Virus record (IMG/VR): IMGVR_UViG_3300032213_001343
Span: 1-58,095 of that record
Direction: 5' to 3' (one strand)
DNA from: a virus
Lineage: Duplodnaviria; Caudoviricetes
Length of the DNA: 58,095 nt
This document shows positions 39,591-49,041 of this stretch, in pieces. The position numbers and the translations under genes are program-made. The notes beneath the pieces are model-generated. The model was not told where the DNA came from, searched no databases, and was given only the letters and a program-made list of their open reading frames with translations. Positions within the stretch are counted from its first letter, which is position 1. Each line of letters opens with the position of its first letter.

Positions 39591-40892
39591 TTATTGTATA
39601 TTTTCTCTTTGATTCATATCTCTTTCAAAAACTTGCTCTCTACCATAACCTCCACCTCTTTCAAAGTAATCGGAACTACCTCCTCCACCGCCTCCGCCAC
39701 CACTACCACCGGTTGGGGTTTCTATTATAATAGGTAATTCATTACGTCTATCATCAACAGGTTGCTCTATTGTTATTACTTCACCAGTTGTTGGATTTTC
39801 CTTTTCAACAGGGAATGTAATCTTAGGTTCAGGTTCTGTTATCGGAGTTTCTCCTTTTAATTTTTTTATGAATCCTAATTTCTTTTCACTTTGCTCTGGT
39901 TTCTCTATCGTTACTATTTTTAATTCAGGTATCTTTGTTTCAATTTGTATATCTGATGATTTTGATTGTAGTATACTTGGTGCATCATCCAAACTTTCAA
40001 TTCTTGCATTTACAGATGTATTAGTTAATTGCTCATCTTTTTGCATTAAATAAAAATTAATAGAATTAACAATCAACTCCGATAATCTTCTTATTATAGT
40101 ATTTTCTGATAATTGTAATCTTGGTGAAGTTTTTCTTGGCTTACCATAGTTAAGGTCTTTAATATCAGATATTCTATTAGTAAATTCATAGTAAGCAGAT
40201 TCCACAAACTTTTTATGAACAAATACGCTAAATGAATCAAAATTAGAAATTTTATATTCTGTTTTTAATTTTTCATACCAGCCTTGCCCATATATATTTT
40301 TTACAAAATCATCAATTATACTTGGATTAATTGATTCTACTAATTTTAATGCATTGTATATTATATCACTCCTAAAATCACCATTATTATATAATATTCC
40401 AAATCTCTCTTTTATATCAGCAGCATTATTACTTTTTTCCAACGGGAATAATCTAACTTCTGTTCTGGATGGTGATATTTCACCAATCCAAAGTTTATCA
40501 TTTGGTTGAAACGAACCTACTCTTTTATTTAGTAAAGATACCTGTGTTTTGAATAGTCCGTTTGCATAACCAGCTTCATTTATTAATCTCTCAACATCTA
40601 TAAAATATTCAGCAGGTAAATTGTTTTTTGTCATAACAGTTCCTTCAGCTATTAAAAAATAATCTCTTATATTTTGATTAGTTAATGAAATATACCTAAC
40701 CAACCCATGTCCCTTTTGTGGCAGTTGATTTTCAGAAATATCATACATAATAAATTCTATGATATCATCCTCACTTAATCCAAAAAAAGTCTGTAGGTCA
40801 CCTTCCTCAAATATTTTTCTATCATTTGGGTTAATGCGGTAAGCTTTATTTTGTATTACCTCTTTAAAATTTTTCAATCCAGCTGCTGCCAT
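39591..40892 (-). CDS. Hypothetical baseplate-region protein
   Basis: 433-aa ORF containing EISPSRTEVRL and a Gly-rich tail. Confidence 0.7.
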   Translation of the reverse strand: MAAAGLKNFKEVIQNKAYRINPNDRKIFEEGDLQTFFGLSEDDIIEFIMYDISENQLPQKGHGLVRYISLTNQNIRDYFLIAEGTVMTKNNLPAEYFIDVERLINEAGYANGLFKTQVSLLNKRVGSFQPNDKLWIGEISPSRTEVRLFPLEKSNNAADIKERFGILYNNGDFRSDIIYNALKLVESINPSIIDDFVKNIYGQGWYEKLKTEYKISNFDSFSVFVHKKFVESAYYEFTNRISDIKDLNYGKPRKTSPRLQLSENTIIRRLSELIVNSINFYLMQKDEQLTNTSVNARIESLDDAPSILQSKSSDIQIETKIPELKIVTIEKPEQSEKKLGFIKKLKGETPITEPEPKITFPVEKENPTTGEVITIEQPVDDRRNELPIIIETPTGGSGGGGGGGGSSDYFERGGGYGREQVFERDMNQRENIQ

Positions 40893-40911
40893 ATTTTATT
40901 TTTTACTTATA

Positions 40912-41940
40912 TTATCCGGACCAACTAGTTCCAACTTGTTTTTGAATTGAAACACCCATTGTTACACTAGATTTTTCAGATTTAACATTTAAACTTCCTT
41001 TATATTCAGTATCTCCCAATAATGTAATACCAGCAGATGGTCTGAAATCATCTATTTTAGATGGAATTGTTTTTACAGTTAATAATTTTGTTTGCTTTGG
41101 TTGTAATGTAAATGATGCAATCTTTTCAAATGAACCCAAAGTCTGTCCACTTTCTTCAAATTTAACTGTTATTGGTTCTCTTGAGAAATTATATACTTCA
41201 AGATCAGGTCCATTTATCCACTGCCCATTACCATCATCTTTTGCTCTAGCTCTATAAGTTAAATCACCATATTGAGGTGAACCTTTTTGTACAGTCTTAA
41301 CAGAGAAATCCATACCCACTTTTGCACCTTCAGCGATTTTAGCTTGCTTACCTTCTAATATTTCTTTGTATTGGTCGTTTTGTTCTTTTAATGATTGATT
41401 ACGAGCAGTTAAAGAAACTCTTTGAATTGCTTCAGCAGTTCCTTTTTGAATTGAATTTTGTAAATCAACTACTACATTTGATATTTTTACATTTGCCTGA
41501 TTTAATTGATTTTCAAATGATGCTACCAATATCTTTTGTGAATCAACATCAACTCGTAAACTTTCCGAAACTATTTCAAGTTCACTAACCTTTGCTGTTA
41601 AATCCACTACAATTGTATTAAGTCTAATAACCTCTTCTGTTAAATCAATAACGGATTGAGTTACTTCATTATATACTGGTCTAGGAACATCATCATCCAA
41701 TGGTGGTGGTTCGGTTGGTATTAATTCAAATATACGTGTATCTACTGATTTTATTAAATCAATTTCATTATATTTGGGTTTACTTAGTTTACCAAAAACA
41801 ACACCATCTGTTTCATTATACTCATTAAATGTATAACTTGTTTCAGTATTACGTTGTATTACAGAAGACCCACTTGTAGTTATACCATCAAGCAAATTAG
41901 CATTTTTTAATCCAGATGTTGTATTTCTATAATTCGCCAT
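40912..41940 (-). CDS. Hypothetical structural protein (coiled coil + Ig-like C-terminus)
   Basis: Heptad segment at about aa 95-200, then beta-rich end. Confidence 0.7.
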   Translation of the reverse strand: MANYRNTTSGLKNANLLDGITTSGSSVIQRNTETSYTFNEYNETDGVVFGKLSKPKYNEIDLIKSVDTRIFELIPTEPPPLDDDVPRPVYNEVTQSVIDLTEEVIRLNTIVVDLTAKVSELEIVSESLRVDVDSQKILVASFENQLNQANVKISNVVVDLQNSIQKGTAEAIQRVSLTARNQSLKEQNDQYKEILEGKQAKIAEGAKVGMDFSVKTVQKGSPQYGDLTYRARAKDDGNGQWINGPDLEVYNFSREPITVKFEESGQTLGSFEKIASFTLQPKQTKLLTVKTIPSKIDDFRPSAGITLLGDTEYKGSLNVKSEKSSVTMGVSIQKQVGTSWSG

Positions 41941-41941
41941 A

Positions 41942-43030
41942 TTAGTTATTTACAACAGTAAATGTAATTTTATCATCATAATACTTTACATCACCATCCA
42001 TATCAATTTTAAATTCTATTTTATAAACTCTACCAGTTTCCCAATTCGATAGATTTAATTTAATATAGTTACCATCACTATCACAACTCAATTTTGAATA
42101 CTCACTAAAAGGAATTATAACATCATCCGATGCGAAATCTTTAATTTGATAATAGCTTGTTTGTGGAAGATACTTTATATCATTATATGCAAATGAATTT
42201 GTAAAAGTTTTTAATGGATATAATTCTCTACCAACCACTCTTATTGTTGGTATGGTATTTTTTTTGTATTCATTTTTAAATGATTTAACACCAACTTTAA
42301 TATCATTTGAAGTTAATTCAGTTAATGAACCAGTTATATATGATTGGTCATCCCAACCTACTCTTATCTTTGGTTGATATATTGTAAATGTTTCTTTACT
42401 AAATAATCTTAATATTCCATAATCCTGTGTATTAGATTCTATGTTTTCAGGAAATAATGTTGAGTTTGCAAACTTTAACATCAATCCATCATTTGGAATA
42501 GAACCTGACATCCAAACTTTTAACATTGATTTGATATCCATATCAATATCACCCCTTTCATAATTAAAGTTTTGAGATGCGCTGTATTGTGTCCACCAAG
42601 TACCACCACTACCATCGTTTATACTAGCCGTAGTAGAACCACTAAAATCGTTTTCTAACCAATTTATTTTAGTATCACCTTCTCTATAATTCCAGTTTAC
42701 ACCCTTTGTAGTGATTGCATCAAATCTAGTACCAATACCCATTTCCCAACTTCCAGATATAGGATTTGCATGAATTGTATATTCTAATGGTATTTCTTCC
42801 GTTTGAGATTCTTTTATCAATAATCTAGCATCACCCATACCAATTGTACCATTATATAATGATTGAGATAAAAACCCTAAATCAAATTTTAGTAAAGCAT
42901 GTGATACATCTTTTACGTTTCCGAAAAAAACTTTACTTACTTCTAATATCTCATCAAGCCCAGTATTTTGATTAGGTTGTTGTAGATAGATTGATGCGTC
43001 TTTTGATGCTGTTAAAAAATAGTATGCCAT
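41942..43030 (-). CDS. Putative structural protein, DNRLRE-like beta-sandwich
   Basis: KDASIY...NTGLDEILE...LLKFDL...NDGLMLK...PKIRVGWDD. Confidence 0.6.
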   Translation of the reverse strand: MAYYFLTASKDASIYLQQPNQNTGLDEILEVSKVFFGNVKDVSHALLKFDLGFLSQSLYNGTIGMGDARLLIKESQTEEIPLEYTIHANPISGSWEMGIGTRFDAITTKGVNWNYREGDTKINWLENDFSGSTTASINDGSGGTWWTQYSASQNFNYERGDIDMDIKSMLKVWMSGSIPNDGLMLKFANSTLFPENIESNTQDYGILRLFSKETFTIYQPKIRVGWDDQSYITGSLTELTSNDIKVGVKSFKNEYKKNTIPTIRVVGRELYPLKTFTNSFAYNDIKYLPQTSYYQIKDFASDDVIIPFSEYSKLSCDSDGNYIKLNLSNWETGRVYKIEFKIDMDGDVKYYDDKITFTVVNN

Positions 43031-45066
43031 TATTTTGCCCTCCCTTTTATGTCTGAATCAGGAAACTTAATTTCAAAAACAGAAGGGTCTAATGATGGAT
43101 ATACCACTTTATTTTTAGTTGCCGCTTCTATATTATATGAATTTGTAGAATATTGCCCTCCGCATTTATTTACAATTTCAAGCATAGGAACTGATGATAC
43201 TCCTTCAACATTTGCCAATATTAATTCTAATTGACTTAGATTAATTGTTTGATTAAATGTCCACTTATCAATATTGAAATAATTTTTTAATTCTAAAATA
43301 CACTTAGCTACTATTTCAGATTTATTAAAATTAGGATAGCATGATACTTCAAAATTAACTCCTATATTTATTATAAATCCATCGGAAAAATTAACACCAT
43401 CCGTAAGAATTTTATATTCATTTAGATATGTTTTTAAATTTTCTTTAACTGCTCTATTAATTTGAGTTAATCTACCAGTACCATCCAATCCCAACATATA
43501 AAGATTTATAGCAAATGGATTATTTTTTTCGTTATCATTTGATGTTTTTCCAATTAAAAAATCTCTAATTTCAGCAGATACTGTTTCTTGCGTTGGTTCT
43601 TCTAAATCAGGTTTATTAACAAATCCCATTACCAAATCGGTAAATTCTTGCAAAGCTTTAGGTGATGCTAATATTGATGATGGTGAATTATTATCCAATT
43701 TCCCATCAGCTGTTGCATAGCATTTAGAAACAGAACCATATTTTGTTGGCATTGAAAGAGCCCTTACTTGATAATCCTTTGTAGTTACTGCTCTATTTTG
43801 AGAACCAAAATTTGCTAAAGCATTTTGTCTAATTTCTTCTAATGTTTCACTACCTCTACCACCAGACGCCGGTATTTCATTTGTAACGGCTACTGAATTT
43901 TTTAGACTATTATATGTTGCTATTTGAGATTGATTTAAATCTCCATAATCATTATCATATACAATAGATGTTATTCTAGTTAATTGACCCGATTCTATAT
44001 TTGATAAAATACCACCACCTACATAATACTTAACAGTAATTGATGTATTTGATGGAGATGTTCCGTATGTTTTTGTTTTTAAGAAATTTGTTGGGTCAAA
44101 TGATTCTTCCAATCTTTTAATAGAGTTAGGTAACCCCAGTCCTACATTTTTAAGATTTGGAATTAATTGTTCATCTGATGCCGATGGGTCACCAGCTCCA
44201 AATTGAAGTGTAGTACTTAAATCAGGATTTACCTTTGATACAAATCTTCTTGGAGTTTTTAAAGTTTTTAAAATATATGGTACGCTATCTTTAAATTGTA
44301 CAAGATCTGGGTCATTTAATTCCGTATTTGCATAATCTAAAAAAACCATCTCTTGTGCTAAGTAAGGTACTTCATAATATTTGTTATTATTAGAATCTCT
44401 TACATCATATACTTCTATAATATTAGTATCACTTAAATTTATAGTTTGAAATGGTGTATATGAACCAAATTCAAAAGTAGCTTCTTTCGATGTTGCAGAT
44501 ATTGCCTGAACATATTTTTTTACAAGATATAAAGTAGGTTCACCTGTATTTGCATCCCTCTGATACACAGTAATATCTCTATCCGTAGTATCCGAAAAAT
44601 CTATTATATCGGTAGTAATAAATTTAATAGATTCATCTTTAGACTCAATTTCCATACCTTGTCTAATCCTTAGTAAATATTTAGTATCTATTTCATTTAA
44701 TATACCACTACCAACCGCAGGTACTATCTGATACACAGACATTAATGTTGTTGCAGGTGCAGTAACTTTTGGTTTATATCCTAAAGCATGAGCCAATGCA
44801 ACTACATTTTCTAAATCTTCAGCTGTTGTTATTAATGATTCTTTAAATGTATCATCTATATAGTATGATAGTACATCACCTATATAAGATGCCATTTCAA
44901 TAAACATCATACCAGGAGAAGCTTCAGTAAAATCAGTATTTGTTTTTGGAAAATATGTTTTTGAAAACTCAATTAAGTTATCTCTAAAGGCTGAAAAGTC
45001 TTTATTAAGATATTTTATATCTTTTCCTCTATTTGTAAAATTGTTATTTGATGGTGTTAAACTCAT
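43030..45066 (-). CDS. gp6: Baseplate wedge subunit (T4 gp6 / baseplate J-like)
   Basis: DFSAFRDNL, SYIGDVLSYYID, LGYKPK, QFGAG, GGRGSETLEEIR and QNRAVTTKDY. Confidence 0.93.
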   Translation of the reverse strand: MSLTPSNNNFTNRGKDIKYLNKDFSAFRDNLIEFSKTYFPKTNTDFTEASPGMMFIEMASYIGDVLSYYIDDTFKESLITTAEDLENVVALAHALGYKPKVTAPATTLMSVYQIVPAVGSGILNEIDTKYLLRIRQGMEIESKDESIKFITTDIIDFSDTTDRDITVYQRDANTGEPTLYLVKKYVQAISATSKEATFEFGSYTPFQTINLSDTNIIEVYDVRDSNNNKYYEVPYLAQEMVFLDYANTELNDPDLVQFKDSVPYILKTLKTPRRFVSKVNPDLSTTLQFGAGDPSASDEQLIPNLKNVGLGLPNSIKRLEESFDPTNFLKTKTYGTSPSNTSITVKYYVGGGILSNIESGQLTRITSIVYDNDYGDLNQSQIATYNSLKNSVAVTNEIPASGGRGSETLEEIRQNALANFGSQNRAVTTKDYQVRALSMPTKYGSVSKCYATADGKLDNNSPSSILASPKALQEFTDLVMGFVNKPDLEEPTQETVSAEIRDFLIGKTSNDNEKNNPFAINLYMLGLDGTGRLTQINRAVKENLKTYLNEYKILTDGVNFSDGFIINIGVNFEVSCYPNFNKSEIVAKCILELKNYFNIDKWTFNQTINLSQLELILANVEGVSSVPMLEIVNKCGGQYSTNSYNIEAATKNKVVYPSLDPSVFEIKFPDSDIKGRAK

Positions 45067-45067
45067 A

Positions 45068-45505
45068 TTATGGTGCTATTTGTGCTATGTTAAATGATAC
45101 CAAACCAGAATTACCAGTACTTCTACTTCTAAATTTCAATGATATGTTTATCAAATTTTTATCTTTATTTTCATTACTCATATCAACATTTATTTCCTCA
45201 ATACTTACATTTGGTATATATTTTTCAACAGAGTTTGTTATTATATCTTGAACTTTTTCTTCGAATTCATCTGTAATTGGTTCAAATAATACAGTTTCTA
45301 CACCTGTACCAAATAAAGGATTCATCAAACGCTCTCCTCTTTTAGTTAATAATAGATTTTTTATATTAGTTTTAAGTTGTTCTATTTCCGTATAATTTTG
45401 TTTAAAGGCAACATTACTTATTTGAATTGGTAAAGACAATCCAACTGCATAATCTTCATATTCCTTTGTTTCTATTATAGGTTTTTTTCCTAATATAATT
45501 GCCAT
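45068..45505 (-). CDS. gp25: Baseplate wedge / sheath initiator (T4 gp25, GPW family)
   Basis: NIKNLLLTKRGERLMNPLFG...VLFE. Confidence 0.93.
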   Translation of the reverse strand: MAIILGKKPIIETKEYEDYAVGLSLPIQISNVAFKQNYTEIEQLKTNIKNLLLTKRGERLMNPLFGTGVETVLFEPITDEFEEKVQDIITNSVEKYIPNVSIEEINVDMSNENKDKNLINISLKFRSRSTGNSGLVSFNIAQIAP

Positions 45506-46002
45506 TACTTCTTAAATCGTTTTACCAATTCTGAATAGTCTCTGTTAAAAGCCTTATCCAATTCAGCTACTCCAGTATTTACACCCAATCCAGTTGGAGA
45601 AGGTCCTTTCGCTAAATCACCATAACCCATTTTTTCAGCAATTGCTGTTTTACCTACAATAGAACCCATATCACCCTGTCCAAAGTTCATTGTTCTAAAC
45701 CCACCATCTCCTTGTGGAATACCACCTCTTGTTTCATTGAGGATTTGATTAATCATTGGGTTTTTACTGAATTGTTTTTGTGGTACTACTTTTGTAGATA
45801 CTGATTCTTCAATAAGTTCATCATCTAACATAGCTTTAGCCATAGATAATCCAGTAGTTTTTGGTTTAGCAGGTTGTTTACCCTCTGCTAACATCTTTTT
45901 CATCTCAGCCTTCACACTTTCCTTAATTAAAGCAGGTAATTGCTCTTTGAGCTCCTCTTTAATAAGAATTTGAATGGCTTTTAATAATTTGTCCGTATTC
46001 AT
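45505..46002 (-). CDS. Hypothetical protein
   Basis: 165-aa ORF coupled to gp25; late motif at 46023-46030. Confidence 0.7.
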   Translation of the reverse strand: MNTDKLLKAIQILIKEELKEQLPALIKESVKAEMKKMLAEGKQPAKPKTTGLSMAKAMLDDELIEESVSTKVVPQKQFSKNPMINQILNETRGGIPQGDGGFRTMNFGQGDMGSIVGKTAIAEKMGYGDLAKGPSPTGLGVNTGVAELDKAFNRDYSELVKRFKK

Positions 46003-46052
46003 ACTTTATTATTTGTTATGTTTATAAATATTTGAATTGTTATTTTTGAAAA

Positions 46053-47042
46053 TTATGTAGAAAATAAAGTTGCTTCCTCTTTTCTTCTTCTAACTAGACC
46101 TTCATATAATTTACCAGTAGATGCTCCTCTAGTCGGACCATTTAGTAAACCATTTGCTGCAGATGCATAATCTTTAGCTTTAATTGCTGCAGGAATGTTT
46201 GGATAGTTTGCAAAACTTCCACAATTATAAACAAAGCTTAAACACGCTGCTTTTTGTTTATTATTAAGAGCATCAAAATCAGCTTGAGATATTTTTGAAT
46301 TACCACTACCAACAAATCTTGCTTTATATGATACAGAAACTTCATATTGTAATACTTTTAATGCAGCCTCAACTGTTGTCGTATCTCCATATTTAACATC
46401 TCGTATTGTTCCAGTTGATGCGTCTAATATTTTATCCGAACCAAATCCTAATCTTGGAGTACCTTCATCATTTAATGCCGCTTTTGCAAAACCTTCATTT
46501 TTAGCAATAAATTTAGCTGCCAATGTAATCCAATCAGCACTTAAATCCAATGCACCTAAATCTACATTTGTAATACCACCACCACTACTACTAAATCCAC
46601 CACCACCACCTGCTCTAAATCCGCTTACGAATGGTTTACCTTGATTAAATTTTATTTCACTAAATTCATCATCTGATACGGATACATTTATAGATTGTCC
46701 AGAATCTAATTCAAAGTATTTTAAATCAATTTGTTCTTCAGTAGTTCCATTTGGAATACTTTCTTCTTTTGTTGTTTTTACCGATTCTTGCTCATCCGCA
46801 TTTTCTTTTGGTACAAAATCATCTTCCGTAACAATGGTACTTCTAGTTGATGGGTCTATAAAATATCCTTTCCAATTTATAATACCAGGTCCTGGCACTT
46901 GAACCGGTGATGGTGGAGGTCCTGCTGCATATAAAGATACCGTAGATATAATACCTTCTACACTATTCAAATGATTAGTTGCGTATGATATAAATTCATC
47001 TACAATTAATCCCGTATTATCCGTTGGTTGTATTGCTGACAT
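46053..47042 (-). CDS. Baseplate-associated protein with C-terminal GH24 lysozyme
   Basis: KNEGF...DEGTPRLGFG (E-x8-D-x-x-T pattern), SFVYNCG, GLVRRRKEEATLF. Start set at ATG 47042 (MSAIQ) to avoid overlap. Confidence 0.85.
   Translation of the reverse strand: MSAIQPTDNTGLIVDEFISYATNHLNSVEGIISTVSLYAAGPPPSPVQVPGPGIINWKGYFIDPSTRSTIVTEDDFVPKENADEQESVKTTKEESIPNGTTEEQIDLKYFELDSGQSINVSVSDDEFSEIKFNQGKPFVSGFRAGGGGGFSSSGGGITNVDLGALDLSADWITLAAKFIAKNEGFAKAALNDEGTPRLGFGSDKILDASTGTIRDVKYGDTTTVEAALKVLQYEVSVSYKARFVGSGNSKISQADFDALNNKQKAACLSFVYNCGSFANYPNIPAAIKAKDYASAANGLLNGPTRGASTGKLYEGLVRRRKEEATLFST
46601..46739. repeat. Copy 1 of ~140-bp direct repeat
   Basis: Near-identical to 47622..47759, including an uninterrupted run AATTCATCATCTGATACGGATACATTTATAGATTGTCCAGAATC. 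Confidence 0.9.
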
Positions 47043-47047
47043 ACTAA

Positions 47048-48481
47048 TTAAATTACAATTACTCCTTGTACCGGGCTCATATCGTTGATACAAAATGTCC
47101 TTATTCCACCCGGTGCCCCTTTGTTACCATCAATACCCCACCATTTTTTATTTTCAATTTTCCAAAATACTCCTATGTGATTAGATGTACCAACAATAAA
47201 ACTCCAATCATAAATTATAGCATCACCTGCTTTTGGTATATATGCTGCATTTGCTGGGTCTCTCATATCAACATATCTACCAGCTTCAATTGCCCACGCT
47301 ACCCATTGTGGACAAGATGGCCAATACATTAAAGTACCATTTTTATATTTAAGTACCGATTTAACATCAACGCCAGCTTCAGCCCACCAAGTTGTAACCG
47401 TACATGCACACCACGGAAATCCAGTACCACCACCCCAAGGACCATTTCCGAATGCCTGTATTTGTTCAATACGAGGATGACCTCTATCATTTGGACTTTC
47501 TGTTATACTCTGCCCGGCATCATGTAATGCAATTTCTACAACTTTTTGACCTACAGATGCATTTCCACCAAATCCTCCGAATGGTATATATGAACCATTT
47601 GGTCCTAAACCACCACCAATACCACCACCAGCTTTGAATCCACTAACAAATGGTTTACCTTGATTAAATTTAATTTCACCGAATTCATCATCTGATACGG
47701 ATACATTTATAGATTGTCCAGAATCCAATTCAAAATATCCTAAATCAACTTTTTCTTTCGTATCAATAATATTCGATTTCTCTGCTGAAATTATTTCTGG
47801 TACTGCGGCTTTATCAGTAGATGGTGTAGCTGGTACAGGTACGTTGGTTGTTATAGGTTGACCAGGAACTATACCTAATATTGCTTGTTCCAATGGAACT
47901 TCTACGTTATAATCTTTATTTTCATTCAGTAAAGCTGTAAATTTATTTATTGCATCTAATACTGTGGTTGCTTTTAATGTTTCATTTTGAGCAATAAATT
48001 TATTATAGTTTTCTAATTCTACTTCTAAAGCTTCTTGATATTCTATTCTTTTTTCAGGAGTTAATTCTTCGGAAACATCAACATTTAAAGATAATATTGG
48101 TTGTTGCCAAATACCAGGATTTGTAACTATATTTTGAGTTACACTTAAATTTACAGTTGCTTGTATAGCTGGAGTGATTGGTAGTGGTGATGTTGCCATA
48201 GCCGCACCTGCCCAATATGCTTTAACTCCAGCTCCCATTTCTCCAACTAAATCGTATGGTGTAGGTGAATTAACACCTTTTTGTAAAGCAGAAATAAATA
48301 ATTGTTTCATCATTTCTACATTTCCACTTACTAATGGTATTTTATGTTGTCTATCAAATCCTCTCTTTACAGCTGCATCATATTCTTTGGCATACGATTC
48401 TGCAACAACATTTATATCAGCAATTCCTTCTGGACTATTTGCTACTCTTAATATATTTTGTTTGAAAGTTTCCCAAGACAT
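47048..48481 (-). CDS. Baseplate-associated protein with C-terminal CHAP peptidoglycan hydrolase
   Basis: PWCACTVTTWW (Cys), PKAGDAIIYDW, NHIGV (His) and IDGN. Confidence 0.85.
   Translation of the reverse strand: MSWETFKQNILRVANSPEGIADINVVAESYAKEYDAAVKRGFDRQHKIPLVSGNVEMMKQLFISALQKGVNSPTPYDLVGEMGAGVKAYWAGAAMATSPLPITPAIQATVNLSVTQNIVTNPGIWQQPILSLNVDVSEELTPEKRIEYQEALEVELENYNKFIAQNETLKATTVLDAINKFTALLNENKDYNVEVPLEQAILGIVPGQPITTNVPVPATPSTDKAAVPEIISAEKSNIIDTKEKVDLGYFELDSGQSINVSVSDDEFGEIKFNQGKPFVSGFKAGGGIGGGLGPNGSYIPFGGFGGNASVGQKVVEIALHDAGQSITESPNDRGHPRIEQIQAFGNGPWGGGTGFPWCACTVTTWWAEAGVDVKSVLKYKNGTLMYWPSCPQWVAWAIEAGRYVDMRDPANAAYIPKAGDAIIYDWSFIVGTSNHIGVFWKIENKKWWGIDGNKGAPGGIRTFCINDMSPVQGVIVI
47622..47759. 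repeat. Copy 2 of ~140-bp direct repeat
   Basis: Encodes DLGYFELDSGQSINVSVSDDEFGEIKFNQGKPFVSGFKAGGG. Confidence 0.9.
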
Positions 48482-49041
48482 TATTTAGTTATTTTTTGCA
48501 TTCCCCAACTCACTAAATTTGGATATTCTGCCTTATTACTTTCTATAAATAATTCTACAGCCCTTTCTTCAGTAACTTTACCTTTAAAACTAAGTGCACC
48601 AATTGGGTCTACATATCTCTCACCTTGATAAAACATAACAGATATCCGTTTACCATCCCATTCATATCTATAAGATAAGTCTCCTTTTGGTGGGGCCGGT
48701 CTAGGTGCTGGTGTTGTTACTGGAGCTGCCTGTGCATATTCAAATTTCTTTTCTTCTTTTTGAAATGCTTTTGGTTCGGGTGGAGTTTTTGGTTTAAACT
48801 TTTTAAGTTCTTTAAATGCTGGCTTCTTTGGAAATTTTGGTAAATCCGGAATACCTAAAGAATCTTTAAGACCTTTTAATAATGCGGCCGCATCTCCCTT
48901 TAAATCTGAAAAGGCTGATGCTAATTTTCCAGCTGCTGCCTTAGCTTGACCTTCTGCGGCATTTGCGGCTCCCTTTGCTGCTGCTTTTCCTGCTTCGGCC
49001 GCTTTACCAGCTTCGGCTCTTTTTTTTGTATTATCTATCAT
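48481..49041 (-). CDS. Hypothetical Ala/Lys/Pro-rich protein
   Basis: AEAGKA repeats and a Pro-rich linker; stop/start-coupled on both sides. Confidence 0.65.
   Translation of the reverse strand: MIDNTKKRAEAGKAAEAGKAAAKGAANAAEGQAKAAAGKLASAFSDLKGDAAALLKGLKDSLGIPDLPKFPKKPAFKELKKFKPKTPPEPKAFQKEEKKFEYAQAAPVTTPAPRPAPPKGDLSYRYEWDGKRISVMFYQGERYVDPIGALSFKGKVTEERAVELFIESNKAEYPNLVSWGMQKITK

Noticed and set aside
46601-47759. Direct repeat as a DGR template/variable repeat pair
   Set aside because: There is no reverse transcriptase in the window, both copies are mid-gene and coding, and the differences are mostly synonymous rather than adenine-specific.
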